DNA of 64,000 nucleotides from Eledone cirrhosa (GCA_964016885.1 OZ024745.1:14694001-14758000), one strand, 5' to 3'; positions 15,397-30,062 are shown, numbered from the stretch's first letter. Translations and numbers: made by a program. The notes: a model not told the origin generated them from the letters alone.

Positions 15397-15601
15397 TACG
15401 AAGATCGGCTGAAAAGTTCATAGGCTGACTATGAAGAAATGGTGCTAGAGCCGTGAAATCTTGCATGCATTAATTTCAACACTAACACTTATTAATAATT
15501 GCATTGTTTCTTTTCAGTGACTATGCTGAAAAATAAACTTCATTTGGTAATTCCATGAGAGTATCTTGGTCAGTCTATGAACCTTTCAGCTGACCCTCAT
15601 A
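15397..15601. mobile_element. Tc1/mariner-type MITE
   Basis: TA-flanked imperfect TIRs CGAAGATCGGCTGAAAAGTTCATAGGCTGAC / GTCAGTCTATGAACCTTTCAGCTGACCCTCA; second copy at 51897-52120. Confidence 0.8.
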
Positions 15602-17809
15602 GTGTATTTGGGTTGTTGTTTGGCTATTTCTGCAACTTTCGTTTGATATCGTATTTACGTTCTAAGATAATAAAAATCTCACATAATTTTGCTACACTGT
15701 CAAAACAGATTTCCAACGTAATATATATCACAATTTATACTCTAACAAAAGGAAAGTGGTATAAGATTATATAGATACTGTATATATTATACCTTATATA
15801 TTTTTGCACCATAAGATTCCATATCAATACAAAATGAATTATATTTATACTAAGATTTATAAACTATACGACGCATTTGCATAATGTATTCAAAAGCATG
15901 GGGAATATTCCCCATATCAAAAGGTTTCTTGAAACAATTATATGATTTGTTTAACTTACCATTTGACCTCTTCGATCACCCATGTTACAATCTCATATAT
16001 CTTCATTTTGGTGTCACGATTTTAGGTCGTATGTTTAACGGAGACATTGCCTCTCAAGTCATAAGAACAAAGAGATGTTCTGTGCAGTAATTTGTCAAGA
16101 AGGAAAATTATGGATCCGGTGAGTAATGATAATCTTATGTAGTGAAAACATGTGTGATTTTCTGATGTGATGGAAACCTAATCTCACTGATTGCTATCAC
16201 GGGAATTTCAGCAGGTATTTTTACTTCTAAAATATTATTATGAGTTTTATAATTTCTCACAAACAACCTTCAGTTTTAGGAGAAAGAAAATCAAGTACTT
16301 ACACTCTGGCTCGTAACGTAGGCAATTAATCGTTAAGATGACAGATTGTTACCCCGCCAAGAAACTTAGACACGTGTAGAAGGGTCGAAAGTTTTATCCC
16401 TGTATTGTTGTACAGACATTGCGCTTTCATTTGCAAACTATATTATTTGAATTTGAGGAGGAGCTCTATACAACCTCCTGTTGCCAGGTGTTAACTATTT
16501 CTCCTTTCGGTAACTCAGCCAAAATATTAACATTGCTTTTTCTAGAAATTCGGGAATTTTGAACAAATTTAATAAAGATGATATTTTATCGCCCTTTGGT
16601 ATATTGTTTTATACAGGAAGCCTTTATAGGTTTAAAAATATGGTTTGGAATAAATATTCATTTGTTAAATCTCGTCATTCTATAATAGTCAGAGCTTGGG
16701 GCGTTGTCTTCTGTTATTTGCTTTTATTGTTGATTTACCTGTTCTTTTGTGACCAATGCGATATAAAATATTCCCCATTATCACATATCACTTCCACTCT
16801 CACTTTATTCACTACTGGAGTGGAGCAGGATTTAGATTAACGTAAATATTAACATTTAATTTATCGACCCTGATAATATAAAAGGCAACATGGGTGAGAT
16901 TTGAATTCAGAACACAAAGAAACGACCCTATATTAAGGCAAAGCATTTCGTTCACAAGACAATCGATTTTTCGGTTCAACATTGAAGGAGAGTAATATTG
17001 GTAATAAATAATGCTATCTAGAAGAAGATGAGGTGGTTGGGATGAAGAAGAAAATTACAGAATAAATGAGTAGATAAAAGATAATTTCAAGGAAATCCGT
17101 AAAAGTATGGTGATATAAAAGAAGTATAAATTATGTAGATGGATAAGAAACTGAGAAAGTAAATTCTGAACAAAAAAATACGTTGAGAAGCTTCGATCGA
17201 TAGAAACCAGTAGTGTATTTTTGTCCATTCGAAATGCCCTGTTTATTCCATTATATATCTGATTGAGAGAACACAGTTGAGTGTACACAATTGTGCAGAA
17301 TATCTATTTTGTTTTAGGCCAATACTATTGTTTTATATCCAGCTAGTTTATGATTGCGAATAACATCTAAAGAAATCTTCGATTGAAAAAACAATATTGT
17401 GTTTATTGTAAAGTTCTTATTAGTTCAGTCAATAATTACACAGCAGCATGATTTCGTTTCCAATAACAGTTGGAGACATACTTGAAGTCGGTAATAAGAC
17501 TTGTTATAAAGCAGTAACAACTTATTTATAAATAATTTCCAAATAAGATAAACAAATTTCAAATTGATTCATGAAATATGTAAATTTCGTGTCTTGCTAC
17601 CAACCTACCCATCTACCTATCTATTAAACTATATATTGATCTGGTTCATCCAACATCACCTTCACACACATATATATATGAAAATATTCCGATTCAGATC
17701 TCCTTTCCATATGATTATAATTAAGGCTCCGAGCTGGACATTTGCGAAACACATGTTTCACGTAATTATAAATAAAATATATTAAACTAAAACTTCGATA
17801 TCTCGTTTT

Positions 17810-18057
<248 letters not shown>

Positions 18058-21000
18058 TATATATATATATAATTAGTACCAGCATTAGATATATCATTCT
18101 AGATATTCCTGTTTGTAAGCATGAGGACTGAACAAGGGAACATTCACGCTATTGATCAAGAGTTATATTTCCCTTGAATCATACATTTTCAGTATAAGGA
18201 GAGTACGTTCTATAATGTAGTTCTAGAAACCTCTAAATAACGAAATTGCAATATCTGGTTTGTCTTTGATTATAGGTTTGCACTGTGGTATAGTTTTTCA
18301 ATGAATTCTGATTAATATAATAGTTACCAAACTGTTGTATAATTTCTACCAGTTTACATTTGCTATGCCGATTCCGATATTCGAAATGTTTTTCCTTACT
18401 ATTTCCTTAATACATCCAATGCAGTCTTTATTTTATTTTGGCTCTTGTTCATTTTTCTGCAATGCCCAGTGATAATGGCTGCCGATAGAGTGAACAATAA
18501 CTACCTGGATAACTGCTTCTAAATATATGATGTATCGATATTTAGAAGTTAGTTTTTGTTTGTTTTAGATTTTGTTAATTTATTTTATTTAGTAAGAAAT
18601 GTCGTTTATTATATTTATATGACTAATAAACAAGTGTGTTGTTTATTAGCTCAATAACAATATTCGACAGGAAGATTATATATTGTCTTTGGAAAAAAAA
18701 ACCCATAGGCCCATTCGTCCAAGGTACTAACAAATGGAATGTGAAGACATAGCTAGATAGCACAGGGCGTTGTCAAGCGTTCTATTTGTTATTCAAAATC
18801 TATGAACTTCACTACGAATATTTCGTATGTACTTTAAAATATGACTATGGTGTACTTTAAAGTATAGTGTGAATAATTAAAACAATCATATTCACGTCTT
18901 CTGCTATTTTGAGTCATACAAATGTTCTCGACGTACAGAATGCACCCAGTTTCGACTTAGATTTAAGCTAAATTTTATAGCTGAACAATACTCGTCTAGT
19001 GACATCTATCAACTGAAAGGTCACGAAAGAAAATATTTTAAAATGTTTAACAAAACAAACTTTGAAGAAAAATATCAGTATTTAAATTTAAAAAAATAAA
19101 CCAACTAAAATTTAAGAAGAGACGTTTTATAGTCATTCTTTTACTTTGATAAAAAAAACAAAACAGTGTGATTAATGAACTCGTGACATTTGTCCATAAA
19201 TCGTTTTTGATGAGTTAATAGTAAAGTGTTCTGTAATAGAAAAAATCAACAGTATTAAAGTTGCACTGTATTGATAGGAAAGCACACCATGAAGATTTAC
19301 AACTAAACACATTTAAAATAGTAAACGTTTTGCAACTACACTGTTATTAATAAACTAATGGCCTTACATTTTCGTATTTTTAAGTCAAGAATTTATAAAA
19401 AAAATATTATGTGACTAGATTATTAGCCTTATCTTGTACGTTTATGCTTTTTTTATTGTGTTTTGAGCGGTAGAATCTCATTTTAACAAGAAAACTCGTA
19501 TTTTTTACTGGAAAGTAACGGCTTTTATATTTCTATTCTCAACTAATCTTAATGTTCTTAGTATCTCTCTTGAATTTATTCTTTGTGTTGACTTGGAACA
19601 TTTCACCAATATATGGCTTCTACTAATTTGAAGAAATATAAAACTTGATACATTAAAATTACCAATCTCTGATATTGCTAATTTTCTAATTATAGATCAG
19701 GAGATAACTCAGGTATTTGTTGAACCGTGGTTTCAAATCATTAAAACCTATGCAAGGAAATACAGATTCCTAACCTTGGTACAACTTCATACATTTGAGA
19801 ATCGAATAGCCAATAGTACTTGATTGACACTTTATTAAACAGACTCTTGAATGAGAGAAGGCGAAAGTGGACCTCGGCGAAAGTTGCACTCTTATCTAAA
19901 TACCAGATTGCATTTTACTTAATCTTCGTAAAATCATGTCAATCTCTGTATACGGAAAAGTAAAAAGAAATCAACAAAAAACACCAAGCCGCAAAACTAA
20001 TTCTGCTCAAAACAGAGAAGACAACACATGAATATAACTTATTCACAATTAATCAAAAATAAAATGAAACAATCTCCACTTTACTATTTGTTTTCCATGC
20101 AGAAGGCGTCCATGGATATTTCGACATATTCTTTGTAATTAAATGCGAAGACACTTTAACAATGATACATTATCATTAGGATTTAGACAAGAACTAATAT
20201 TTTAAAAATTGCAACCTTTACAACCTTTACAAACTTGTTTGTTTACAATGAAATTACTGCAGTATTTTGGGGTGAATTACTGCAATAGTTGTTATCAAAT
20301 AACCGCTGTCTCTTTACTTGTAACAAGCAATACATTATATTAAGTTTTGCAATAAACCTGGAGTCGAATATGACTTTTTAATGGTATTTAGAATTAAATT
20401 GAAGCAACTTTTATTTTTGGTAAGTATAATATTTCTGAAGGTTTGCTTGAAATTTAATGCAACATTGTCAAATAATTGAAAAGTTAGCTCGGCAATAATG
20501 TGTCGGGTTCGATCACTCAGTGTGATATATGTCATTTTCCATAGTCCCCGGTGGACTTTAACTTTGTGAGTGAAAACTGTTTAGAGGCCCATTGGTTGGA
20601 CTGTACCCCTTCTTCACAGCGAATCTCACTGAGAATTGCATTAAGAGTACACTTGGCTGTGGAAGGCACAGCCATTCGTACGTGAATTTCACGATCAAGC
20701 ACTTTTGTTGATCGATTTTCTAGAACACTCATCATCGAAACAGACAGGTGTCCATTTATTCAAACCTAAAAGTGATTGATTGTTTATAGATTTCAACAAT
20801 GTCATTTATAAATACTATTTACAGTAGAAGGGAAGAATATGAATATATTTTGTTGGATGACCCCATTGAATAAAGTTTCCATTCAGTCTTCTAAATAAAT
20901 ATTTTATGTTGTTAATCACTCCATTTGGGATGGTTTTCCCCGTTCGTGAAGTCGACTTGTGGCTTCGGGGCTAGATTACTCAGTTCATGATCATAAGATC

Positions 21001-21070
21001 GTAGTTCGTTTCCCAGACTAGTTGACGCATAATGCCATAATACATCAGTTTGCTTACCTGAAAATATCAA

Positions 21071-21174
21071 TGGAGTGACAGACTCTACACCCCAGTCAAG
21101 AGACAGGGGAAATGAAACTGGTAACTGTTTCATTCTCCACATCTCTTGACTGGGGTGTAGAGTCTGTCACTTCA
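21071..21174. repeat. ~104-bp near-perfect hairpin
   Basis: 21071-21103 pairs with 21142-21174; inner stem AATGAAAC/GTTTCATT with 8-nt loop. Confidence 0.85.
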
Positions 21175-22221
21175 TATCCTTCTCCCTTTCCTTCCGTTGC
21201 GCGGACCCATCATTGATGATGTCCAGTCTAAAACAAAAACAACTTAAAACTATGCCAAATGTGTGGTACAACAGAATCCAAATAACCAGTCTTCGGTGAT
21301 AGTGCAGTGTTAATGACAACAAATAAGCTATATAAAACCTTAAAGCAATTACATACGATGTTTCCTTGAGTGTCTGTTATTCGTGATTAAATGACTAGTC
21401 ATTGAACGGAATTACTGACGTGAAGAAGATGAATTTAGAGTTAAATATTTCAACGAGATTTGTATGTGTAAATTTCATTAATATGCCACTTGATCAATAT
21501 CAGATAGTGCCAAATTTTATTTAATCAAGCAAGACTGACGTTATTGCGTTTTCAATAATTTATATAGTTTAAATATAACCGTAAATAAATTACGAGAATA
21601 TATCATAGCTATACTAATAAAATATAATACTGAAATCTAGTAAAGCAATGCTTCCCTACAATTTAGCAGAATATTTTATGTATCTGATATATTGAATATA
21701 AATATGCTTATAAGGGAGTTATAACAATAAATTTCAATTCAACGATCATAAGTGTTATGTGACATGAACTTGTAAAATCTTCAAATAAAAATAATCTAGA
21801 AATATAAAATAGAATATATAACATGTGAAAAATTATATATGAAATTGAAAATATAGCAAATTAGTGAGAGATTGTGTGTCAGAGTGTACGTATTTTATAT
21901 TCTGATATATATAATATTTAATAAAACTTTAATGATGCATCGTGTTGATTTATTAATATACGATTGTCAGTTGAATTTGTTTCCAAGATTTAATGAATTT
22001 GTCAAATGACATGCATTGGAAATAAGTATAAGGATAAAATAAAAAAGTAAGAATTAAACAAATATTTATGCTTTAACAAATCTTAAAGATATTACTGAAT
22101 TGTGTTAAAATGATTTAAATTCGTGTGTGAAAGCAAGAAATCCAGGAAAGAATTCTGCTACAGTATGGCTCACTGTAGTAGTAATTAGATTTGGTTTGAT
22201 CGTCAGGTGGTCAACAAATGG

Positions 22222-22510
22222 TGGAGGTATGGTGGAGGGCTGCTTTAAAGAACGCTTCCTTAACCATCAGACTACCTTCAGACACTCGGATAAGCGATTG
22301 TCCAGGAAGCTAGCAAGCCAAATATGGTCACTCAAAGATGCAGAAATCGATTAATCGATTCAATGGAAAGTTCTGTCCAAATCTAGGCCATACGGAAATG
22401 GGAATTTTCCCTGTAGGCCATGTATCGAATGAATACCTTGCAGAGATTATGAAATAGTACCTGTCTCAACACACAATCCGATTTTTGCATCTGTCCCCAC
22501 GCTGTGAAAT
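22222..22510 (+). pseudogene. Penelope-like element GIY-YIG endonuclease remnant
   Basis: Reads GMVEGCFKERFLNHQTTFRH...LASQIWSLKD...*SIQWKVLSKSRPYGNGNFPCRPCIE*, matching the PLE pattern G.TE..FK.R..NH..SF...W.LK...W.IL...Y...C.LC..E; in-frame stops. Confidence 0.75.
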
Positions 22511-22793
22511 AGATGTTACGTATCTATAAAGACCCAGGATAAATCTTACACAGAATGAACTAACTCAAACGTAAATTGTCTCCCCCATCAGTCTAACTTG
22601 AGTTGTCTCCCTTATCAACGTCCATTGCGCAAAGTCCATTCAGCTCATATACACTTCCTTTTTCAGCACAACAACATTATATATATATAAATGATATAGA
22701 TATCCCATTAGGCACTAGGTACCCACGGAAATATATATGGTGTCTATAATAGTGGTTGTTCTATGGTACTAATTTGAGATACCAGATCTGTAA

Positions 22794-23218
22794 ATATGAG
22801 CGGAACAAGTAAACATTAAACAAACTTTTAAATAAATTAAAATACGATTTAAATATTTACCTCTTCTAGTGCCATGACCGACGGTTTTGCCTATCAAAAG
22901 ATTGGAAATTCAGATATATATGGAAAGATATAGCTCTTCAGATAGCTTTTCCAAATCTACTAGACATGAGTCCGTATAGATGTAGATATATCACCCTCTG
23001 CCCGGTGAATGAATCAAGCCGTTAAAATGATACATCTATACGGACTTATGTCTAGTAGATTTGGAAAAGCTATCTGAAGAGCTATATCTTTCCATTGGAA
23101 ATTCTCTGAATTTCCAATCTTTTGATAAGCGAAACCGTCGGTCATGGCACTAGAAGAGGTAAATATTTAAATCGTATTTTAATTTATTTAAAAGATTGTT
23201 TAATGTTTACTTGTTCCG

Positions 23219-23225
<7 letters not shown>
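22794..23225. repeat. Foldback element, family A: ~190-bp inverted arms (22794-22984 / 23031-23225), 46-bp spacer
   Basis: Arms are reverse complements with several differences; right end abuts (TA)n. Confidence 0.9.
23051..23154 (+). ncRNA. Canonical extended type I hammerhead ribozyme
   Basis: Distal stem I TCTAGT/ACTAGA with bulge; stem I GCTAT/ATGGC; CTGAAGA 23074-23080; stem II GCT-A-TATC/GATA-AGC with inner 10-bp hairpin; GAAA 23131-23134; stem III ACC/GGT; GUC 23141-23143. Confidence 0.85.
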
Positions 23226-23277
<52 letters not shown>

Positions 23278-23308
23278 GTATGTATATATATATATATATC
23301 TATATATA

Positions 23309-23341
<33 letters not shown>

Positions 23342-23346
23342 ATATG

Positions 23347-23424
<78 letters not shown>

Positions 23425-23772
23425 AAAAGAGGAAAGAAGAGGAAAATGTAGTATGTTTAGAGGCAGAATGTCTCTCAGATACCAGCTGAGTCATGTATAC
23501 ATTTTGTATTGTGGTATGTTTAAAGTACCATTTAGTGGGATCTGTCCGACATTAGGAACCCTAATCTGTCGACGATAGTGTACTCGCATGCATTTTAATA
23601 TAAGATTCGAATCTTCGTAGGGACAGCTGGCAGCTGTTTTACGTATGTAAAGGTTCTTTACTCGATGCTCTAACCTATATATTTTATCCGACTGTATTGG
23701 CAGTTATTTTTTGCGCCTGGTTATTGTACATCTATGAAATTTACATCCCCTCAGTTCTAGAGTTCCATATTT

Positions 23773-24272
<500 letters not shown>

Positions 24273-24485
24273 GAGAGAGAGAGGTAAAAAAATCACAACC
24301 ACGGTGCCAAGCGATTTCGGCTTGTGTGTTCAGCAAGCCTTTACGGGGGGGGGGGGGGGGTAGGCACCGCTGTCGGGATTTTACATATCTCTATAACCAT
24401 CTTCATGATAAGTGGTCTCTCTGGTCTCAGCAGCGCAGACTCAACTCCTTTTCCTTTATCGTATCTATCTATATATAAATACACA

Positions 24486-24594
<109 letters not shown>

Positions 24595-24610
24595 TTATAT
24601 ATATATATAT

Positions 24611-25671
24611 ATAAATCAGGAAAGAAGGTTGACATGGTTTGCTATACAAAAAAGGTTTTTAATCTCATAGCTGACAATTGTTTCTCTGAACTGGTAGGTC
24701 TAGAGATCGCTATTCGCTTATTTTCGCGTTACTCGATCGCCAATACAAAATTATAACCAGTCAGATCTTCGGAGCATGCGAGAATGAAGAAAATACACAG
24801 GCAAGAACAGAATATACAGGCTACTATATGAAGTAGTAATGGCATTCAATTAGAACAATAACAACAATTACAACAATGCTATTAATAAATTATTTGAGGA
24901 GACCCTGACATTACTTAGGTGGGGGTATAATGTATCTAACGTTACGGCGTGTAAAACTAGCTGTCATGAGGCAGAAGTAAGAGTTAACCTCTGTATTAAC
25001 TCAACAACTATTTAGCTTTGACAGTGTTGTCCCACTCATGTATACTGTTGAAGATGAAGCGAAAGACTGTAAACACTGGCTTATCTTTATAATTTAAAAT
25101 TGATACACACTTCGATACTCTGTACATGCCAAACCCTTACTTCTGCCTCATGACAGCTAGTTTTACACGCCGTAACGTTAGATACATTATACCCCCCACC
25201 TAAGTAATGTCAGGGTCTCCTCAAATAATTTATTAATAGCATTGTTGTAATTGTTGTTATTGTTCTAATTGAATGCCATTACTACTTCATATAGTAGCCT
25301 GTATATTCTTTTCTTGCCTGTGTATTTTCTTCATTCTCGCATGCTCCGAAGATCTGACTGGTTATAATTTTGTATTGGCGATCGAGTAACGCGAAAATAA
25401 GCGAATAGCGATCTCTAGACCTACCAGTTCAGAGAAACAATTGTCAGCTATGAGATTAAAAACCTTTTTTGTGTAGCAAACCATGTCAACCTTCTTTCCT
25501 GATTTATTATTACTCCAAGTGTTTACAACATAGGAATTACGGCATACCCGCAGCATCACTATGAAAACGCCTTGTTGAGTCAAACCAAGCCAAGCGTTAA
25601 TATCATCCACTACCTGGAATACCATAACTGGACTTTACCTAAGTGGACTGCATTTAACTATTATTTGTTAC

Positions 25672-25675
<4 letters not shown>
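24611..25675. repeat. Foldback element, family B: ~371-bp inverted arms (24611-24981 / 25136-25507), ~154-bp spacer, right arm extends to ~25675
   Basis: The same peptide appears in ORF-track entries on opposite strands; only a couple of arm mismatches seen; (TA)n at both ends. Confidence 0.92.
25336..25454 (+). ncRNA. Type I hammerhead motif with C4 core variant and long stem II (mirror on - in left arm)
   Basis: GCT/AGC stem I; CCGAAGA 25346-25352; stem II TCTGA-CTGGT/ACCAG-T-TCAGA; GAAAC 25434-25438; palindromic ACAATTGT; GUC 25443-25445. Confidence 0.7.
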
Positions 25676-25733
<58 letters not shown>

Positions 25734-25744
25734 AAATAGTGAAT

Positions 25745-25820
<76 letters not shown>

Positions 25821-28229
25821 AATATCTAATGATATAAATGTATAATAAGATATCAAACTTTAACAAGAGACAATCTGTATAGGATGTAAGACTACATAGT
25901 TGGTTAGAATATTATATTAAAATTTAAAAAAACATTTAAAATATTGATACCTGATAAAAATCATATATATCTTCCTCATATGTAACCTTCACAAATCATG
26001 AATACATTTCACCAAATATCGGTGCAATTAGATAATCGATCTGGATTGTCAGTGAGGGAATCGATCTATCTAAACTCACACCAGTTAACATAGAGAACTG
26101 AAGACGACGATAGAAGCACATGGTATTATTAAAAAACTAACGCACGCGGTGATCGTCATGAACGGGTTCCCGGCAACTAGAAATAGTAGTCTAACCTCTC
26201 AACATATTAACAGCTCAAGCAAGTAGGAGCATTATATATAATACACATACAGATACAGATGTTGATGACTGAGGATGTAAAATTTATTCATTGATAATAT
26301 AGTTAAGATTGTTTTGCTGTAAGTGTTTCTCAGTATTTCATTTGGTCATACATTTTACTTTCTTTTGCACATTTCTAAATAGTCTGTCTCTGTTGGTTAA
26401 CTCAAAGTAAAAATATAGGTGAATAATACTTTCTATTCAAGAAATATTTGAAAATATCTTTCGTTTCTTCTTTACTTATATTCTTTCATCTTAGATTTTA
26501 CTTAGTTGTAGACTGTAATATAATTATCAAAAGTTATTCCTTGTATGTTGCAATAAGTTACAAACTATGCAATAATTTCTCCAACATTCTCTATAAAATA
26601 TCGCTGTTAATGCTTGTTTCTTTACATTATTTCGTTATGACCCCGAAATGTACTTCTTCAAACGATAACGAATATTCTCTGTTGTTACATTAGTAGGAAA
26701 GTTTCTAACAATAAGTGTTTTTTGATAACTTCCAACTGATATTTTATGGACGATAATAAACACAAGTTTTGATTCAGTTCTTTTTAGTTTTATATATATT
26801 ATGTTCAGATGATTTACTTTCAAATAGCATTTTTGCTCGATAACTTTTATGCTTGATGCAATTTCTTGACGGAGACTGTATGATGTAGTCAACATTATTT
26901 TTAATAGGGATTTTAAGTCTCTCTTCAGTCATCGCTGACTATGGGATAGTACCCGGAAAGTTTCTCTTTAAGATACAATCCTAGGCAGTACAACCCCAGG
27001 TGAGATGCTTTTTGAAATACCAGTAATCGCTCATGTATGAAGACATGAACTTTCCTTGTTATAGAAAATGAAAATGTCGATACAACTCGACACCAGTGTC
27101 ATCACAGGCGTATTCTGTCGAAAAATACCGAAATGAATATCTTAACGCAACATATCCGACTCTCTAACAGCTCAACGTTCCATTGTCCTGAATTGGAACT
27201 TATTTATCAACATAGAGTGGATGACGGGTAATGTTGCCTTGGCAGGATGTGAAATCACAGTGCAGAGAGTTGAAATAAACATAGCGAGGTATTTGAATCC
27301 CATGCTCTACCAATTCACTGCTTAGGAGAATAAGGATATTACTTTAAGAATATAACTACCATACCTTTACCGTGTCGTATCGTAACTATGTCACTTTATA
27401 CTCCAGGCTTTTAAATTCCACTGAAGTAAGCTTTGCCTACTTTCCTCCGAATTTCACAAAAAATACTTTGGACGATATAAGAAACTACAGGTTTGAAGGA
27501 GCGGTAATTCAATAACTAACGCTTTTAATGAAACAAATGATATGTGTATATATAACTGTATATTTCTTGTATACAATATACGTAATTAGAATTAATTTGG
27601 TACAGGAAATACGGTTCTTTTATCAATCTATTTGTGAAAAATGAATTAATTTCATATAATTTATGATTTAGTTGCTTCTAATTTCTATATCTCGGTACAG
27701 ACAACGTTATTTTCTTTCTATTTTAATTTCTTCCGAAATACGTGCATTATTTTAGGCTATCATGCCGCCTGTTTTTTTCCTTTTTGTGTTGTTTACCTAT
27801 TGTATTTGCAAAAATCACATTAAGATTTGGCTTGAATTTAAAGAACAATTAGACTTTCTGTTTCTTTTAATATCGTCTACGACTAATACATTTGAAGAAT
27901 ACTAATGACCTTATCAGTCCGGCCGATCTTATTGTTGTTGCAGACGTACATATGCAACTGAATATTGAATGAGGATGAACAATTTTTCAATAAGATAGTG
28001 AATTTTCATTGTTTCCAAAATAGACATTTTTCCATAGAAACAATTTTCTGATACAAAAAGTAACAAAATATCTTTAAATTACATTGATAAAAGATGCATG
28101 ATTTATTGATAATAATAACAATAACAAAGGACTGAGAGAAACACCACGTTTTCTGTTGAATGGGATGGGATGTTTTGGTAGAGATTAGTAATTTGTACCT
28201 GGACAGAAGCCGTGTATGAAAATGTGTTA

Positions 28230-28378
28230 TCAAGTGAACAAAGCACCGGCTGCCTTAAATATTTTGTTGAATGTACTCACAAGCGAACAAAGTACTGGCT
28301 GCCCTCTATGTCTTGTTGAGTGCGCTTGCAAGCTGACAAAGTACCCATTACTTTCTATGTATTTTGTTGAATCCCCAG
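28230..28378. repeat. Three diverged tandem ~49-bp units
   Basis: CAAG-GAACAAAG-AC-GGCTGCC...TATTTTGTTGA motif recurs at ~28230, ~28279, ~28328. Confidence 0.65.
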
Positions 28379-28844
28379 CGTGGGAAACATCTGGCATCAT
28401 AGACCCCAGAACCAACTCCCAGTCCATTTCGTCCGGGGTTGAAATAGCCATTAACACGAACGAACTCCACAAAGTTTGGGTAACACATTTGGTATTTTGT
28501 CCACTGTAACCATGACACATTTACATGATGCGATGAGGTTTCTTTGTTTTATTTTATTATCATAAGAAAATCATGAATTTGCTATAAAACTATAATTGAG
28601 ACACATATATATAAATAAATGAATACAATTTATCGCTCTACATGGCTGAATACAATAAATGTAATCTGAGTTTTTCGAATATTAATAATAATAATATTCG
28701 ATTCGTTTGCAATTATGCACACAGCCTCTTTTTAACATGCCAACACAAGAGCAAGAATGAGGGGCTCATTCTAATGACATGGCTTTTAAAAAGGGTCTGT
28801 TTGCATAATTGCAAACGAATCGAATATTATTATTAATATTTGAA

Positions 28845-29032
28845 GGCAGTGGATTGGCAGTATCGGTAGAGGGTCTGACGCCATGCTTTGCAGCAAAGAG
28901 TTACGTCCCGTTATGGTCTGAGTTCAAATCCCGCTGAGGTTAACTTTGCCTTTCATCCTTACGGGGTCGATAACATAAAGTACCAGTAATGCACTGGGAT
29001 AATTGCTGGCCTTGTGCCAAAAGTAGAAACAG
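28845..29032 (+). mobile_element. Full-length SINE with ~15-bp TSD
   Basis: TTATTAATATTTGAA on both sides; A-box, B-box and core. Confidence 0.9.
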
Positions 29033-29063
29033 TTATTAATATTTGAAAAACTCAGATTACATT

Positions 29064-29101
<38 letters not shown>

Positions 29102-29411
29102 ATAATATTAAACGTGAAGACTAATATATATATATATAATTATGGAGTGAAGAAATGTTTCATTGGTCCGGTGTGTCTAAAACTCGCTATCTGTATGAAC
29201 AATGACATGAACAAAGACAAGAGGAAAAACATAGAGAGATGAGGGATAGTAAGATAATGGTATGAAAAATAATATGAAAAAAAATGACATGAAAAGATAA
29301 TAATAAAAATAAATATCAGATAAAGTAAGAATTCAAAGTAAAATAATGAAGGAATAAACAAGTAGAAAATTAGAAAATAGAAAGTGAGGATACAAAATAA
29401 TATAAAACAAG

Positions 29412-30062
29412 TGTAGAGATATATGTATAAAGATATTGGTATAGAGATATAGATATAGAGATATAGGTGTAGAGATATTGGTATATAGATATAGGTATAG
29501 AGATAACGGTATAGAGATATTGGTATAGAGATATAGATGTATAGATATTGGTATAGAGATATAGGTATAGAGATATAGGTATAGAGATATAGGTATAGCG
29601 ATATAGGTATAGAGATATAGGTATAGAGATATCGGTATAGAGATATTGGTATAGAGATATTGGTATAGAGATATAGGTATAGCGATATAGGTATAGAGAT
29701 ATAGGTATAGAGATATAGATATAGAGATATTGGTATAGAGATATTGGTATAGAGATATAGGTATAGAGATATTGGTATAGAGATATAGGTATAGAGATAT
29801 AGATATAGAGATATTGGTATAGAGATATAGGTATAGAGATATAGGTATAGATATATTGGTATAGAGATACAGGTATAGAGATATAGGTATAGAGATATTG
29901 GTATAGAGATATTAGTATAGAGATATTGGTATAGAGATATAGGTATAGAGATATAGATATAGAGATATTGGTATAGGGATATAGGTATAGAGATATTGGT
30001 ATAGAGATATAGGTATAGAGATATTGATATAGAGATATAGGTATAGAGATATTGGTATAGAG
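29412..30062. repeat. 14-bp minisatellite AGATAT(A/T)GGTATAG, ~46 units
   Basis: Direct reading; explains the 310-aa low-complexity ORF 29140..30072. Confidence 0.92.

Noticed and set aside
23605-23680. Minus-strand AAAACAGCT/AGCTGTC stem III-like hairpin
   Set aside because: G12 and the 5' core are missing; decayed, not counted
26093-26172. CTGAAGA with GACGAT/ATCGTC stem
   Set aside because: GAAA reduced to GAAC and cleavage site unclear; possible relic only
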